In this document: positions 9,958 to 20,499 of the stretch, in pieces
How the letters are laid out: the number at the start of each line of letters is the position of its first letter
How positions within the stretch are numbered: position 1 is the first letter of the stretch
NCBI GenBank assembly: GCA_046314385.1
Contig: JBKBWZ010000002.1
Coordinates: 697,095 to 761,094 of the forward strand
Reading direction: 5' to 3'
DNA: 64,000 bases
From: Alphaproteobacteria bacterium
GTDB lineage: Bacteria > Pseudomonadota > Alphaproteobacteria > Micavibrionales > UBA2020
Made by a program: the position numbers and the translations under genes
Notes under the pieces: model-generated
Told to the model about the DNA's origin: nothing
What the model saw: only the letters and a program-made list of their open reading frames with translations
Databases searched by the model: none

Positions 9958-12900
9958 GTGAAAAAAGCCTTGCACTATTTCAACCGCGGGCTGGTCATGG
10001 GGCTCGAATTTTTCGCCCTGCTGATCGTGCTGGCTTTTTTGCTGTGGGGGGCTTTGCTGTGGCGGCTGTCGACGGGGCCGCTCGATGCGTCTTTCCTGAC
10101 AGAAAAGCTGGAAGCCTCGATGAATGCGCGCCAGCCGGGCTTCGTTTTCGATATTGGCAGCACGCAGCTTGTCTGGGGCGGGCATTTCGACCTGTTTCAG
10201 GTTGAAATGAAAAACGTCACCGTGCGCCGTGCAGATGGCGCCGATATTATCACCATGCGCAAGGTCGGCGTGCATCTGTCCAAACGGCATCTTGTTTTCG
10301 GGCAACTGACGCCAAAGCTTGTACGTGTTTACGAACCGGCGCTGCGCGTGGTGCGCTGGGAAGACGGCCATGTGACGCTCAATTTCGATGCGCAGCCGGC
10401 GGAAGTTTTTGGCCCGCCTTTGCCGCCCGAATGGGTCGATAAAAATTCTGCGGCGCAAATCGCCTTGCTGCAAAGCGTGCTGCAGGGGTTGAATGACCAT
10501 TCGGCGCTGGGCATGCTGATCGGCGGGCTGGAAGAAATTGCCATACGCGATGCGCGCGTGACATACGATGACCGCGCATTGGGGCTGGAGCTTGAATCCA
10601 GCGATACCGATATCGCCCTTGGGCGCACGCGCAGCGGTATCCGTGCCAAGATCAATCTGGCAACCGCGCTGTCGCCTGACCGCCGCATGGGGCTGGTCAT
10701 CGAAGGGCGTTACCGCCGCGATACCGGCGAAAGCGATATTATCGTGCAGTTTGCAGGCGCGGATCCGTCGGTGATTGCCGCCTATAGTGAAAAACTCTCG
10801 GCATGGCGGGGGCTGTCTGTGCCGCTGGCCGGCAGCATGAGTTTGCTGCTTGATCGCGGCTTCAGACCGGTTCGCGGCCGTTTTATTCTGGGCGCGGAAG
10901 AAGGCCGTTTCAGCGGTTTCGGCCTATATGACGACAAGACACCCTTGCCGCTGGGCAGAATATACGCCAAAGGCTCGCTGGATTTTACCCAGCAGGCGCT
11001 GCGGCTCGATACGTTCAAAGCCGATCTGCGCGGTCCGCAAGCAGAGGGGCAGGCAAGCATCACGCGTGCAGAAGACGGGCGTTTTCGTATCAGCGCGAGT
11101 GCGGCTTTGACCCAGATGCCTATGGATGATCTGGCAAATTATTGGCCGGAAACGCTGACGCCAGATCCGCGCTGGTGGGTGACAACGCATCTGTCCAAAG
11201 GCATTGCGACAAAGGCGACGCTGGAAACCGATATGTTTTTTAATCCCGCGCCTGCCGAAGGTGCGGCGGCAATCGATATTGAAAAACTTGGCGGCATCAT
11301 TGATTTTGAAGGAATCAAAGTTGATTATTTGCCACCGCTGATGCCGGTTGAAAAAGTGCGCGGGCAGGCACGCTATGACACACAGCGTTTTGATCTCGCT
11401 ATCACCGGCGGCATGCTGGGTGATATGACGGTTAGCAAATCGGCGATTGCGATTACCGGGCTGGCCGATAATGATCCGGATTCAGATATCGAAATCGATA
11501 TTCAGGTATCGGTCGCAGGGCCGGTGGTGACGGCCTTCAAGGTGCTGGATTCAAAACCGCTTGGATATACCCAGATGCTTGGCATCAACAGCGCGGCGGC
11601 GGGCGGCAAAGCGGATGTGGATCTTTCGCTGCGGTTTCCTATTCACCGCGGGCTTGATATTGCCGATGTGCAGGTTGCGGCAACCGCAAAACTGGACGAT
11701 ATGCGCCTGCCTGCGATGGTTGCGGGGATGGACATCACCGGCGGCCCGATGACGCTACAGGTCGACAGCGGCGCGCTGAACGTGAAAGGCAACGGCAAGC
11801 TGGGCGACATGCCGATCACCTTCGACTGGAGCAAGAATTTCGACCGAAAAAAGCCTTTTGACAGCAGTGTGACGGCAGAATTGACGTTAAGCGATGCCGC
11901 GCGCCGCGCCTTCGGCGTGCCGGAAATGGCCGGGCTGCGCGGGCCGCTTCCGTCCAAAATTGCCTATCGCCTTGAACACGGCGGCAAGGCAACGCTTGAT
12001 GTAACGGCCGATCTGGCGCCTGCCACCTTGTCTGTGCCCGACATCGGTTTTTCCAAACCGGCGGGAACAGCCGGCAGTTTGTCGCTGCGCGTTTTTCTGG
12101 CAGGTGGCGCGCCACAGCGCGTGGGCAATATTTCGGTTGAAACCGGCGGTCTGGTGCTGCGCGGCGAGGCGGATGTGACCGGCGGCACACTGCGCAAGGC
12201 CAGCTTTCCGACCGCAATGTGGGGGCAGACACAGGCCGCAGTCGATATAGAAACCCGCGGCGGCGGCTATGTACTGCGTATTACAGGGCGGCAGTTTGAT
12301 GCAGGGCGCTGGATGCAAGACGATGGCGTGCCGAACAGCGATGCGGTGGCGGCGGTTAAAACAATGCCTTTGCAGATATCCATGAACGTGGACCGGCTGC
12401 TTGTGAACGAAGGCCGCGTACTCGAAAAAGTCAAAATGTTCCTGCGCCGCAACGAATGGCAGCGGATCGAACAGCTGGAAATCGACGGTATGATCGGCAA
12501 GGATGATATTTATCTGCGTTATACGCCGTCTGCGCGCGGCCCGTCTTTGCGGTTCGAAGCACAAAATGCGGGGGCGGCGCTGGCTTTCTTTGGCATCAGC
12601 AAATCGATACGCGGCGGCAAACTGGTGGTGCGCGGCGAGCCGGCCGAAAAAGGCGGCCCGCGTGATATGCGCGGCAGCGTTGTGCTCAGCGATTTTATCC
12701 TGCGCGACGCACCGGTGCTGGCGCTGCTGCTGAATTCGATGTCGCTGGTCGGCGTGCTGGATTTGCTCAATGGCGATGGCATCGCCTTTAAACGCGCGCG
12801 CGTGAATTTTAACTGGATAGACCGCGGCCAGCCGGCGCAGCAAAAAAATATCCGCCAGATACGTCTGCGCGATGGCCGCACATCGGGCGCGTCGCTGGGG

Positions 12901-13152
12901 CTGAATTTTGAAGGCGAGATCGACAATTGGGCAAAAACGCTGGATCTGGATGGCACGATTATCCCCATTTCGGGCATCAATAATGTGCTAAGCGGTATCC
13001 CGCTGGTCGGCGATATCCTGACCGGTGGCGGCGGCGGCATTCTGGCCGCGACCTATAGCATCAAAGGGCCGATAGACAAGCCGCGCGTGTCGGTCAATCC
13101 ACTATCGGTTCTGGCGCCCGGCATTCTGCGTAAAATCTTTTTCGAAAACTAA
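9958..13152 (+). CDS. AsmA/YhdP-like large envelope protein (DUF3971-type)
   Basis: 1064 aa with a GTG start and an N-terminal TM helix. The C-terminal signature is GGGGILAATYSIKGPIDKPRVSVNPLSVLAPGILRKIF, typical of the YhdP/AsmA-like C-terminus. Confidence 0.75.
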   Translation: MKKALHYFNRGLVMGLEFFALLIVLAFLLWGALLWRLSTGPLDASFLTEKLEASMNARQPGFVFDIGSTQLVWGGHFDLFQVEMKNVTVRRADGADIITMRKVGVHLSKRHLVFGQLTPKLVRVYEPALRVVRWEDGHVTLNFDAQPAEVFGPPLPPEWVDKNSAAQIALLQSVLQGLNDHSALGMLIGGLEEIAIRDARVTYDDRALGLELESSDTDIALGRTRSGIRAKINLATALSPDRRMGLVIEGRYRRDTGESDIIVQFAGADPSVIAAYSEKLSAWRGLSVPLAGSMSLLLDRGFRPVRGRFILGAEEGRFSGFGLYDDKTPLPLGRIYAKGSLDFTQQALRLDTFKADLRGPQAEGQASITRAEDGRFRISASAALTQMPMDDLANYWPETLTPDPRWWVTTHLSKGIATKATLETDMFFNPAPAEGAAAIDIEKLGGIIDFEGIKVDYLPPLMPVEKVRGQARYDTQRFDLAITGGMLGDMTVSKSAIAITGLADNDPDSDIEIDIQVSVAGPVVTAFKVLDSKPLGYTQMLGINSAAAGGKADVDLSLRFPIHRGLDIADVQVAATAKLDDMRLPAMVAGMDITGGPMTLQVDSGALNVKGNGKLGDMPITFDWSKNFDRKKPFDSSVTAELTLSDAARRAFGVPEMAGLRGPLPSKIAYRLEHGGKATLDVTADLAPATLSVPDIGFSKPAGTAGSLSLRVFLAGGAPQRVGNISVETGGLVLRGEADVTGGTLRKASFPTAMWGQTQAAVDIETRGGGYVLRITGRQFDAGRWMQDDGVPNSDAVAAVKTMPLQISMNVDRLLVNEGRVLEKVKMFLRRNEWQRIEQLEIDGMIGKDDIYLRYTPSARGPSLRFEAQNAGAALAFFGISKSIRGGKLVVRGEPAEKGGPRDMRGSVVLSDFILRDAPVLALLLNSMSLVGVLDLLNGDGIAFKRARVNFNWIDRGQPAQQKNIRQIRLRDGRTSGASLGLNFEGEIDNWAKTLDLDGTIIPISGINNVLSGIPLVGDILTGGGGGILAATYSIKGPIDKPRVSVNPLSVLAPGILRKIFFEN

Positions 13153-13162
13153 GCCGCGCGGC

Positions 13163-14413
13163 TCAATCGCCTGCAACCACCAGCGCGTGTTTTTTCTTGC
13201 CGGCGGAAAGTTTGATGCTGCCTTCTGCGCCGATATCGTTGATTGTAACGATGCGCTGGTCGCTGTCGATTTTTTCGTCGTTGATGCGCGCGCCGCCACC
13301 GGCGATCAGCCTGCGCGCTTCGCCGCCCGATGCGGCAAGACCGGCATCTTTGAACAGCATAAAGACAGGGACGCCTTCTATCAGTAATTGGCGCTGCACG
13401 GTGATGGTGGGCAGGCCTTCGGCCGCGGCGCCTTCTTCAAAGGTTTTGCGTGCGGTTTCGGCGGCGGCTTCGGCGGCTGCCTGTCCGTGGCACATGCGGG
13501 TGGCTTCAAGCGCGAGGATTTTTTTGGCGTCGTTGATTTCGCCGCCGCGCAGGGATTCAAGCCGTGCGATTTCGTCCATCGGCAGCTCGGTATAGATTTT
13601 CAGCATACGGCCAACGTCGGCGTCTTCGGTATTGCGCCAATATTGGTAATAGTCATAGGCGCTGAACAGGTCATCATTCAGCCAGACGGCGCCGGTGGCG
13701 CTCTTGCCCATTTTTTTGCCGCTGGATGTGGTCAGCAGCGGGCAGGTGAGGCCGAAGCTTTCTTTGTGCAAGACGCGGCGGATCAGCTCTACGCCGTTCA
13801 CGATATTGCCCCATTGGTCGGAGCCGCCGAATTGCAAGCTGCAGCCATAATTTTTATAAAGCTCGAGGAAGTCATAAGCCTGCAGCAGCATGTAGTTGAA
13901 TTCAAGGAAGCTGAGCGGCTGTTCACGCTCCAGCCTGAGGCGTACGCTGTCCATGCTCATCATGCGGTTGATGCTGAAATGCGGGCCGTAATCGCGCAGA
14001 AATTCGATGTAATTGAGTTTTTCCAGCCATTCGGCGTTATTGACCATGACGGCATCGGTTTTGCCGCCGCCGAAGGTCAGGAATTTTTCGAAGACAGTCC
14101 GGATGCCATTGATATTGGACTGGATATCCGCATCCGACAGCATCTTGCGGCTTTCGTCCTTGCCCGACGGGTCGCCGACTTTGGTCGTGCCGCCGCCCAT
14201 CAGGACGATGGGACGGTGGCCGCATTTCTGGAACCACCGCATCATCATGATCGACAAAAGGCTGCCGGCATGCAGGCTGGTCGCCGTCGCATCGTATCCG
14301 GTATAGCAAGTGACCGTACCGGCAGTAAGCTGCTTGCCCAGTGTTTCAAGATCGGTGCACTGGTGCAGGAATCCGCGCTCCTGCATGATGTGGAGAAAGT
14401 CGGAAGTCGTCAT
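13163..14413 (-). CDS. tyrS: tyrosine--tRNA ligase
   Basis: 416 aa. HIGH-like [15 protein letters not shown]-like KKMGKS, and a C-terminal S4 domain. Confidence 0.93.
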   Translation of the reverse strand: MTTSDFLHIMQERGFLHQCTDLETLGKQLTAGTVTCYTGYDATATSLHAGSLLSIMMMRWFQKCGHRPIVLMGGGTTKVGDPSGKDESRKMLSDADIQSNINGIRTVFEKFLTFGGGKTDAVMVNNAEWLEKLNYIEFLRDYGPHFSINRMMSMDSVRLRLEREQPLSFLEFNYMLLQAYDFLELYKNYGCSLQFGGSDQWGNIVNGVELIRRVLHKESFGLTCPLLTTSSGKKMGKSATGAVWLNDDLFSAYDYYQYWRNTEDADVGRMLKIYTELPMDEIARLESLRGGEINDAKKILALEATRMCHGQAAAEAAAETARKTFEEGAAAEGLPTITVQRQLLIEGVPVFMLFKDAGLAASGGEARRLIAGGGARINDEKIDSDQRIVTINDIGAEGSIKLSAGKKKHALVVAGD

Positions 14414-14422
14414 CGTGTGTTT

Positions 14423-14905
14423 TTACCTCGTGCTGGCGCGAACGACATCGTGGAGGATATCGAGGATCAGATCTGTTTTGGTATCGATCAGCACGACATC
14501 GCGGCCAACCAGAATGCGCTTTGTGCCTTTTTTCGGCGGATAGAGTTTATTTTGCAAAGACAGCGGCAATTCGTTGCGTACAAGGCCGGGCGGCAGCGTG
14601 CCGTTTTTCTTCAGCTGTTTTTGCAGTCCGGGGGGCAGCTGGTCTTTTTTGGCAAGGCCGGGCGGCAGTCCGTCGCGGCCTTTGCCGCCCTTGCCGTGGC
14701 CTTTCCCGTGTTTTTTGCCGTGTTTCTTTTTGTCTTTTTCGGCGAAATATTCGTCAATAATCGCGCGTTCCGTTGCCGAGAATACCCGCTCAATGACGCG
14801 CTGCGCAGAAGACGCGCTGCCGGAAGACTGCGGCCCTGCAAGAGCATAGGCCGAAGGAATAACGCTGACCGCAGTCAGAAACAGAAAGGCAAAAATATTT
14901 TTCAT
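14423..14905 (-). CDS. periplasmic CigR/RcnB-like protein (paralog 1)
   Basis: Start trimmed to MKNIFAFLFLTAVSVIPSAYALA (signal peptide). It has an HGKKHGKGHGKGGKG run, repeated LPPGL motifs, and the C-terminal block GTKRILVGRDVVLIDTKTDLILDIL. Family assignment is from memory of CigR-type sequences. Confidence 0.55.
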   Translation of the reverse strand: MKNIFAFLFLTAVSVIPSAYALAGPQSSGSASSAQRVIERVFSATERAIIDEYFAEKDKKKHGKKHGKGHGKGGKGRDGLPPGLAKKDQLPPGLQKQLKKNGTLPPGLVRNELPLSLQNKLYPPKKGTKRILVGRDVVLIDTKTDLILDILHDVVRASTR

Positions 14906-15012
14906 GGGTGGCCTCGTCATGGGTTTGAAAAAAATGGTGTTGTTGTCAAGCGCTGCGCCGGTTCGGGTAAATCCAAACCGGCGCAACTGTCACGTCATGT
15001 TAAAAATGCAGA

Positions 15013-15453
15013 TCATCTTGTGTATTGTGGGATAACGTTCGGCACAACATCGAGGATGCGCAGGCTGCTCAGGTCCAGCATGACAAGATCGGCATCAACC
15101 GCGACGATCTTTGTGCCGGACTTGGGCGGGTTCAGTTTGCGGGCCAGACGCACAGGCAATTCGTTGCGGGGGACGCCCGGTGTCAGGCGGCTGTTGACGA
15201 GAGAGTCGGGGCCGGTATGGATTCTGGAGCGGATATCTTCGCGGATATCGCGCTGAAACATCGGCATATCGAAATAATCATAAATCGCCTGACGTTCTTT
15301 GATCGTAAAGCCGGGAAGGTTTTGCGTATCCGTGACCACGGGCGCGGGCGCGGCATATTCACCAGCCGTGCGTTCATGGGAGGTCGCCAGCGCAGGTGCA
15401 AACGGCAGGGCGATAGCAGCTGTCAGAAACAGAGTAGCGATGGTGTTTTTCAT
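15013..15453 (-). CDS. periplasmic CigR/RcnB-like protein (paralog 2)
   Basis: Start trimmed to MKNTIATLFLTAAIALPFAPALA, with AAAGAGG SD upstream. The C-terminal block LTPGVPRNELPVRLARKLNPPKSGTKIVAVDADLVMLDLSSLRILDVV parallels paralog 1. Confidence 0.5.
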   Translation of the reverse strand: MKNTIATLFLTAAIALPFAPALATSHERTAGEYAAPAPVVTDTQNLPGFTIKERQAIYDYFDMPMFQRDIREDIRSRIHTGPDSLVNSRLTPGVPRNELPVRLARKLNPPKSGTKIVAVDADLVMLDLSSLRILDVVPNVIPQYTR

Positions 15454-15536
15454 GGGAGCCTCTTTCTTGCCTTTTGAAGGCAGGTTATCATAGGATATTT
15501 GCTGTATTGCGGCAATATGCCAAAAGGAGCCAGAAT

Positions 15537-16634
15537 ATGCCTTCCTATCGAGTAATCGGCCTGATGAGCGGCACATCCCTTGACGGAATCGATGCCGCTT
15601 TGCTGACAACGGACGGCGAAAGCCAGATCCTGCGCGAAGGTTTTATGTCGGTTCCTTATGACGACGGCCTGCGCGCACGCATCCGCAGCTGTCTCAATCT
15701 GCCCGCGGCGCGGCGCGTGGAGGCCGCTGCGGTCGAACGTGAAGTGACAGAAGCGCATGCACAGGCGATTGACAAACTGATGGCCGGGCATAAGAGTTCC
15801 CCCGTTGATTTAATTGGTTTTCATGGGCAAACCATCGCCCATGACCCCGCGCGCGGCTATACCTGCCAGCTGGGTGACGGTGCGCTTTTGGCGCAGATGA
15901 CGGGTATTCGGGTCGTGAATGATTTCCGCTTGGCGGATGTCGCGGCGGGCGGGCAGGGCGCGCCGCTGGCGCCGGTCTACCACCGCGCGCTGTCGGCGCA
16001 GGTGGGCAAGCCGTGCTGTTTTTTGAATATCGGCGGCGTGGCCAACCTGACGTATATCGGCGCGGCGGACGAAGTGATCGCGTTTGATACCGGCGCGGGT
16101 AACGCGCTGATTGATGACTGGATGCTGGCCAAGACCGGCAAAAAATTCGACACCAACGGAGAGGCCGCGGCGGCAGGGAGTGCCGACGAAGCGATCCTTG
16201 CGCAGATGATGGCGCATGCTTTTTTTGCGGCGCCGCCGCCCAAGTCGCTCGATCGGAATGATTTCGTATCAAACCTCTGGCAAGACCTGTCGGCCGAAGA
16301 CGGCGCGGCGACGCTGACGGCTTTTACGGTGCGCGGTATTCTGCGGGCGGCCGAACATCTGCCGCAAAAGCCGCAGCGCTGGATTGTTTCCGGCGGCGGG
16401 CGTTTGAATGCGGCGATCATGCAAGGATTGCAGCAGGGGCTTGGCGTGCCTGTGAATCCGATCGAAGATATCGGCTTTGATGGCGATGCGATCGAGGCAG
16501 AGGCCTTTGCCTATATGGCGGTGCGCAGCCTGCGCGGCCTGCCGATCAGCTTTCCGGGTACCACTGCCGCCCCGCGCGAGATGACCGGCGGTGTGCTGCA
16601 CGAACCCGCGAAGGCCGCGGCGGGCATGGCATGA
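15537..16634 (+). CDS. anmK: anhydro-N-acetylmuramic acid kinase
   Basis: N-terminus MPSYRVIGLMSGTSLDGIDAALL is the AnmK signature. AAAAGGAG SD upstream of the ATG at 15537. Confidence 0.88.
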   Translation: MPSYRVIGLMSGTSLDGIDAALLTTDGESQILREGFMSVPYDDGLRARIRSCLNLPAARRVEAAAVEREVTEAHAQAIDKLMAGHKSSPVDLIGFHGQTIAHDPARGYTCQLGDGALLAQMTGIRVVNDFRLADVAAGGQGAPLAPVYHRALSAQVGKPCCFLNIGGVANLTYIGAADEVIAFDTGAGNALIDDWMLAKTGKKFDTNGEAAAAGSADEAILAQMMAHAFFAAPPPKSLDRNDFVSNLWQDLSAEDGAATLTAFTVRGILRAAEHLPQKPQRWIVSGGGRLNAAIMQGLQQGLGVPVNPIEDIGFDGDAIEAEAFAYMAVRSLRGLPISFPGTTAAPREMTGGVLHEPAKAAAGMA

Positions 16635-17641
16635 CGCTGATTGTACAGGCTACGGCAGAAAATATCGCGCTGGCCGCAGACCGCCTGCGCGGCGGCGGGC
16701 TGGTGGCCTTGCCGACCGAAACCGTCTATGGGCTTGGTGCGGATGCAACGAATGACCGCGCTGTCGCCGCGATTTTTGAAGCCAAGGGCCGTCCAAGTTT
16801 CAACCCCGTTATCGTCCATGTCGCCAGCCGGGCGGAGGCGGAAAAGATCGTCGAATTCGATATCCGCGCGCGGCTTTTGGCCGAGCTGTTCTGGCCGGGG
16901 CCGCTGACGCTGATTTTACCGCGGCGGCCAGATTGCAACATTTCGCTGCTGTGCAGTGCGGGGTTGCCGACGCTGGCGGTGCGCTGCCCGGCGCATCCGG
17001 TGGCGCGGCAGCTGATTGCGGCACTGGGGCGCCCTGTTGCCGCGCCAAGCGCGAATGCTTCGGGCACACTCAGCCCCACAACGCCGCAGCATGTGGTGCA
17101 GAGCTTGGGCGAAAAGGCGGGTATGATTTTGGCGGGCGGCAAAGCGCAGGTGGGGCTTGAATCAACGGTGGTTGATCTATCGGGTCCTGTGCCGGTTTTG
17201 CTCCGCCCGGGCGGCGTGACGTTGGATGAACTGGAAATGCATCTGGGCGAGATCAAGGTCGAAACCGAAGCGGTCGATGATAAACCAAAATCACCCGGGC
17301 AATTGTTGAAACATTACGCGCCAAAAACACCGCTGCGTCTGCATGCCGTGGATGTGCGCGAAGGCGAAGCGCTGCTGGCCTTCGGCGCGCTCAAATTTAT
17401 GGGCATGCAGGGCGGCGGATTTGCCAAACAGAAATTGCCGCCGGAGCGTCTGATGAACCTCAGCGAAACCGGCGACCTTAACGAAGCCGCCGCAAATGTT
17501 TTCGCCATGCTACACGCACTGGATGCCAGCGGCGCGGCGGCGATTGCGGTCATGAATATTCCCGATACCGGTTTGGGGCTTGCCATCAACGACCGCTTGA
17601 AACGTGCAGCGGGCGCACAGCAGGTGCGCCCGCAAGATTAA
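16631..17641 (+). CDS. L-threonylcarbamoyladenylate synthase (YrdC domain plus Sua5 C-terminal domain)
   Basis: LPTETVYGLGADATN, KGRPSFNPVIVHV and SANASGTLSPTT motifs. 336 aa, consistent with the long Sua5 form. The ATGA overlap with anmK suggests coupling. Confidence 0.85.
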   Translation: MTLIVQATAENIALAADRLRGGGLVALPTETVYGLGADATNDRAVAAIFEAKGRPSFNPVIVHVASRAEAEKIVEFDIRARLLAELFWPGPLTLILPRRPDCNISLLCSAGLPTLAVRCPAHPVARQLIAALGRPVAAPSANASGTLSPTTPQHVVQSLGEKAGMILAGGKAQVGLESTVVDLSGPVPVLLRPGGVTLDELEMHLGEIKVETEAVDDKPKSPGQLLKHYAPKTPLRLHAVDVREGEALLAFGALKFMGMQGGGFAKQKLPPERLMNLSETGDLNEAAANVFAMLHALDASGAAAIAVMNIPDTGLGLAINDRLKRAAGAQQVRPQD

Positions 17642-17712
17642 AATCAAGCGCACAGCAGGTGCGCCCGCAAGATTAAAATCAAGCGCACAGCAGGTGCGCC
17701 CGCAAGATTAAA
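17613..17712. repeat. 35-bp tandem repeat, about 2.9 copies, spanning the stop codon of the Sua5/TsaC gene
   Basis: Unit is GCGCACAGCAGGTGCGCCCGCAAGATTAAAATCAA, at 17613, 17648 and 17683 (the last truncated). Each unit carries the hairpin GCGCAC-agcag-GTGCGC and an in-frame TAA. Confidence 0.9.
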
Positions 17713-17733
17713 CAAACGGCGGCACAAAAAAGA

Positions 17734-18648
17734 TTAATAATGTTTTCTCTGTTGCTGCGGCGGTTTTTTGGGCGCGGCGGGCGCTTCTTCTGCTTCGTTT
17801 CCGCGCGGCAGGGTGGTGGCGGCCACGCGCAGGGCGGGCAGCAGGTTGCCGGCCTTCTCGGCCATATCGCGGATCACGGGCAGGGCGGGCGGCGTAAAGT
17901 TATCGACGATTTCGTTGTAATCCAGATCGCCTGATTTATTGGCGTCATAGCGCGTCATCAGGTCGGTGGCGATTTTCTCGCCCTCGTTTTGGGCGCGTTC
18001 TTTCATTTTGGCGATGGTGGCGGCATCCAGCGTGGTTTGCGCCCCCATCTCGGCAAAGAGCATCAGGCTTTCGGTGGCGGCAAGAATCTCGGCGCGGCTC
18101 AGACGGTTGTTGTTGTCGCTATCGGCCAGTTTGAAGGCAACGCGCGCGCAGTCTTTTGAATTGGTCACGGCGCAGGCATCACGCAGACGGTCGACAAAAC
18201 GCATCAGCCGGACCATGTTTTTCGGCACCACACTCGGTGCCTGTGTGCAGGCGGTGTATTCGACGGTCTGGTCATGCGGCAATCTTTCCCATAGGCGCGG
18301 CCAGTTGCGGGTGCGGCGGGCGGGCGGGCGCTCCAGCACGCCGAGGGTCAAAATCCCGTCATCTTCGATCTGCACCGGTGCCGCCGCACCGGAGAGGGAG
18401 AGAATCATGTAATCCTCCGCCTGCCGGTCCAGCCCGGCCGGACGCAGCGAAAGCCCCTCTGGCGAGGATTTTAGGTAAAAATAACGCGTGAAAAGCAGGG
18501 CTTCGTCATAAATGCCGCAATCCGGCAGGGCCCAGTTGCCCTGAATCTTGTCCGGCAGCGCCGTAAGCTCTTGAGCTTTCGCCATATTCCCGCTAAAACA
18601 AAGCGCAATAAGGAAATAAACAATAACGGTTATCAGGCGCTGCATCAT
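17734..18648 (-). CDS. secreted EF-hand domain protein
   Basis: Start trimmed to [26 protein letters not shown] (signal peptide). Two canonical EF-hand loops: [12 protein letters not shown] and [12 protein letters not shown]. Pro/Lys-rich tail. Confidence 0.6.
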   Translation of the reverse strand: MMQRLITVIVYFLIALCFSGNMAKAQELTALPDKIQGNWALPDCGIYDEALLFTRYFYLKSSPEGLSLRPAGLDRQAEDYMILSLSGAAAPVQIEDDGILTLGVLERPPARRTRNWPRLWERLPHDQTVEYTACTQAPSVVPKNMVRLMRFVDRLRDACAVTNSKDCARVAFKLADSDNNNRLSRAEILAATESLMLFAEMGAQTTLDAATIAKMKERAQNEGEKIATDLMTRYDANKSGDLDYNEIVDNFTPPALPVIRDMAEKAGNLLPALRVAATTLPRGNEAEEAPAAPKKPPQQQRKHY

Positions 18649-18679
18649 CCACCGAACCCGGTTGAAACAAGAAAAAATT

Positions 18680-20485
18680 ATGACAGAACAAAAACACATC
18701 CGTAACTTCTCGATTATTGCCCATATCGACCATGGGAAGTCAACACTTGCCGACAGGCTGATCCAGACCTGCGGCGGTTTGACCGCGCGGGAAATGAAGG
18801 AGCAGATCCTCGACAACATGGAGCTGGAGCGCGAGCGCGGCATCACCATCAAGGCGCAGACCGTGCGCCTGACCTACAAAGCGCAGGATGGCAACGAATA
18901 TATTCTCAACCTGATGGATACGCCCGGCCACGTGGATTTCGCCTATGAGGTCAGCCGTTCGCTCGCTGCCTGTGAAGGCGCGCTTTTGGTTGTGGATGCA
19001 AGTCAGGGCGTGGAGGCGCAGACCCTCGCCAACGTATATCAGGCGATCGACAACAATCTTGAAATCGTGCCGGTCATCAACAAGATCGACCTGCCCGCCG
19101 CCGATGCGGACCGCGTGCGTTTGCAGATCGAAGACGTCATTGGCATTGATGCGTCGAATGCGGTGCTGACCTCTGCCAAAAGCGGTATTGGTATTGATGA
19201 ACTGCTCGAAGCCATCGTCACGCGTCTGCCCGCGCCCAAGGGCGACCCGGATGCGCCGCTGAAGGCGCTGCTGGTCGACAGCTGGTACGATGCCTATCTG
19301 GGCGTGGTTATTCTGGTGCGCGTTGTCGAAGGCACGGTACGGATCAAGGACAAGCTGCGATTTGTCAGCACCGGCGCGTCTTACGAAGCTGACCGTGTGG
19401 GCGTGTTTACGCCCAAACACGTGATCACGGGGGAGTTGAAACCCGGCGAGATGGGCTTTATCACCTGCGGCATCAAGACAATTCACGAAACAAAAATCGG
19501 CGACACGATTACGTTTGACCGCAATCCGTGCACCGAAAACCTGCCGGGCTTCAAACCGTCGGTGCCGATGGTGTTTTGCTCCTTGTTCCCGCTGGATTCC
19601 AGCGAGTTTGAAAAACTGCGTGAATCTCTTGGCAAGCTCGCGCTCAACGATGCCAGTCTGCATTACGAAGCCGAAAGCTCGAACGCGCTCGGTATGGGGT
19701 TCCGCTGTGGGTTCCTCGGTCTTTTGCATCTTGAAATTATTCAGGAACGTCTGGAGCGCGAATATAACCTCGATATGATCCCGACCGCGCCGTCGGTGGT
19801 CTACAAAATTTACCTGACCAACCGCGAAGTAATCGATTTGTATAATCCGGCTGATATGCCCGATGTGGTGCGGATCGAAAAAATCGAAGAGCCTTGGATC
19901 AAGGCGACGATTTTTGTGCCCGATGAATATCTGGGCGGTATTTTGCAGCTGTGTCAGGAACGCCGCGGCGTGCAGGTTGAACTGACATGGGTGGGCAGCC
20001 GCGCCATGGCGATTTACCGTCTGCCGCTCAACGAAGTCGTTTTCGATTTCTATGACCGCCTGAAATCCATCTCCCGCGGCTATGCCAGCATGGATTATCA
20101 GCTGGACGGGTTTGAAGAAGGCGATCTGGTGCGCATGAATATCATGGTGAATGGCGAAATTCTCGATGCGCTGTCGATGATCGTCCACCGCAGCCAGGCC
20201 GAACGCCGCGGCCGCCAGTTGTGCGAACGCCTTAAAGACCTTATTCCGCGCCAGTTGTTCAAGGTCGCTATTCAGGCCTCTATCGGCGGCAAAATCATTG
20301 CGCGCGAAGATGTTTCTGCCATGCGCAAGGACGTCACCGCAAAATGCTACGGCGGCGACATCAGCCGCAAACGCAAGCTGCTGGACAAGCAAAAAGAAGG
20401 CAAGAAAAAGATGCGCCAATACGGCAACATCGAAATCCCCCAATCCGCCTTCATCGCCGCTTTGCGGATGAGTGACGATAAGTAA
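18680..20485 (+). CDS. lepA: translation elongation factor 4
   Basis: [22 protein letters not shown]1 motif, [13 protein letters not shown], and the LepA C-terminal domain. The ATG at 18680 is preferred over the TTG at 18662. Confidence 0.95.
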   Translation: MTEQKHIRNFSIIAHIDHGKSTLADRLIQTCGGLTAREMKEQILDNMELERERGITIKAQTVRLTYKAQDGNEYILNLMDTPGHVDFAYEVSRSLAACEGALLVVDASQGVEAQTLANVYQAIDNNLEIVPVINKIDLPAADADRVRLQIEDVIGIDASNAVLTSAKSGIGIDELLEAIVTRLPAPKGDPDAPLKALLVDSWYDAYLGVVILVRVVEGTVRIKDKLRFVSTGASYEADRVGVFTPKHVITGELKPGEMGFITCGIKTIHETKIGDTITFDRNPCTENLPGFKPSVPMVFCSLFPLDSSEFEKLRESLGKLALNDASLHYEAESSNALGMGFRCGFLGLLHLEIIQERLEREYNLDMIPTAPSVVYKIYLTNREVIDLYNPADMPDVVRIEKIEEPWIKATIFVPDEYLGGILQLCQERRGVQVELTWVGSRAMAIYRLPLNEVVFDFYDRLKSISRGYASMDYQLDGFEEGDLVRMNIMVNGEILDALSMIVHRSQAERRGRQLCERLKDLIPRQLFKVAIQASIGGKIIAREDVSAMRKDVTAKCYGGDISRKRKLLDKQKEGKKKMRQYGNIEIPQSAFIAALRMSDDK

Positions 20486-20499
20486 TTTTTTAGATCGTT

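Noticed and set aside
13388-15256. 622-aa plus-strand ORF, the longest unassigned ORF in the track
   Set aside because: It runs antisense to the clearly recognisable tyrS and the two CigR-like genes. Its translation is Ala/Gly/Arg/Phe-rich low complexity, typical of shadow frames in high-GC DNA.
17613-17712. Possible CRISPR array (35-bp repeats)
   Set aside because: The repeats are directly contiguous with no spacers, there are only about 3 copies, and there are no cas genes. It is a simple tandem duplication.
18740-20443. 567-aa minus-strand ORF
   Set aside because: Exactly antisense to lepA, whose GTPase motifs are unambiguous. The composition is that of a shadow ORF.
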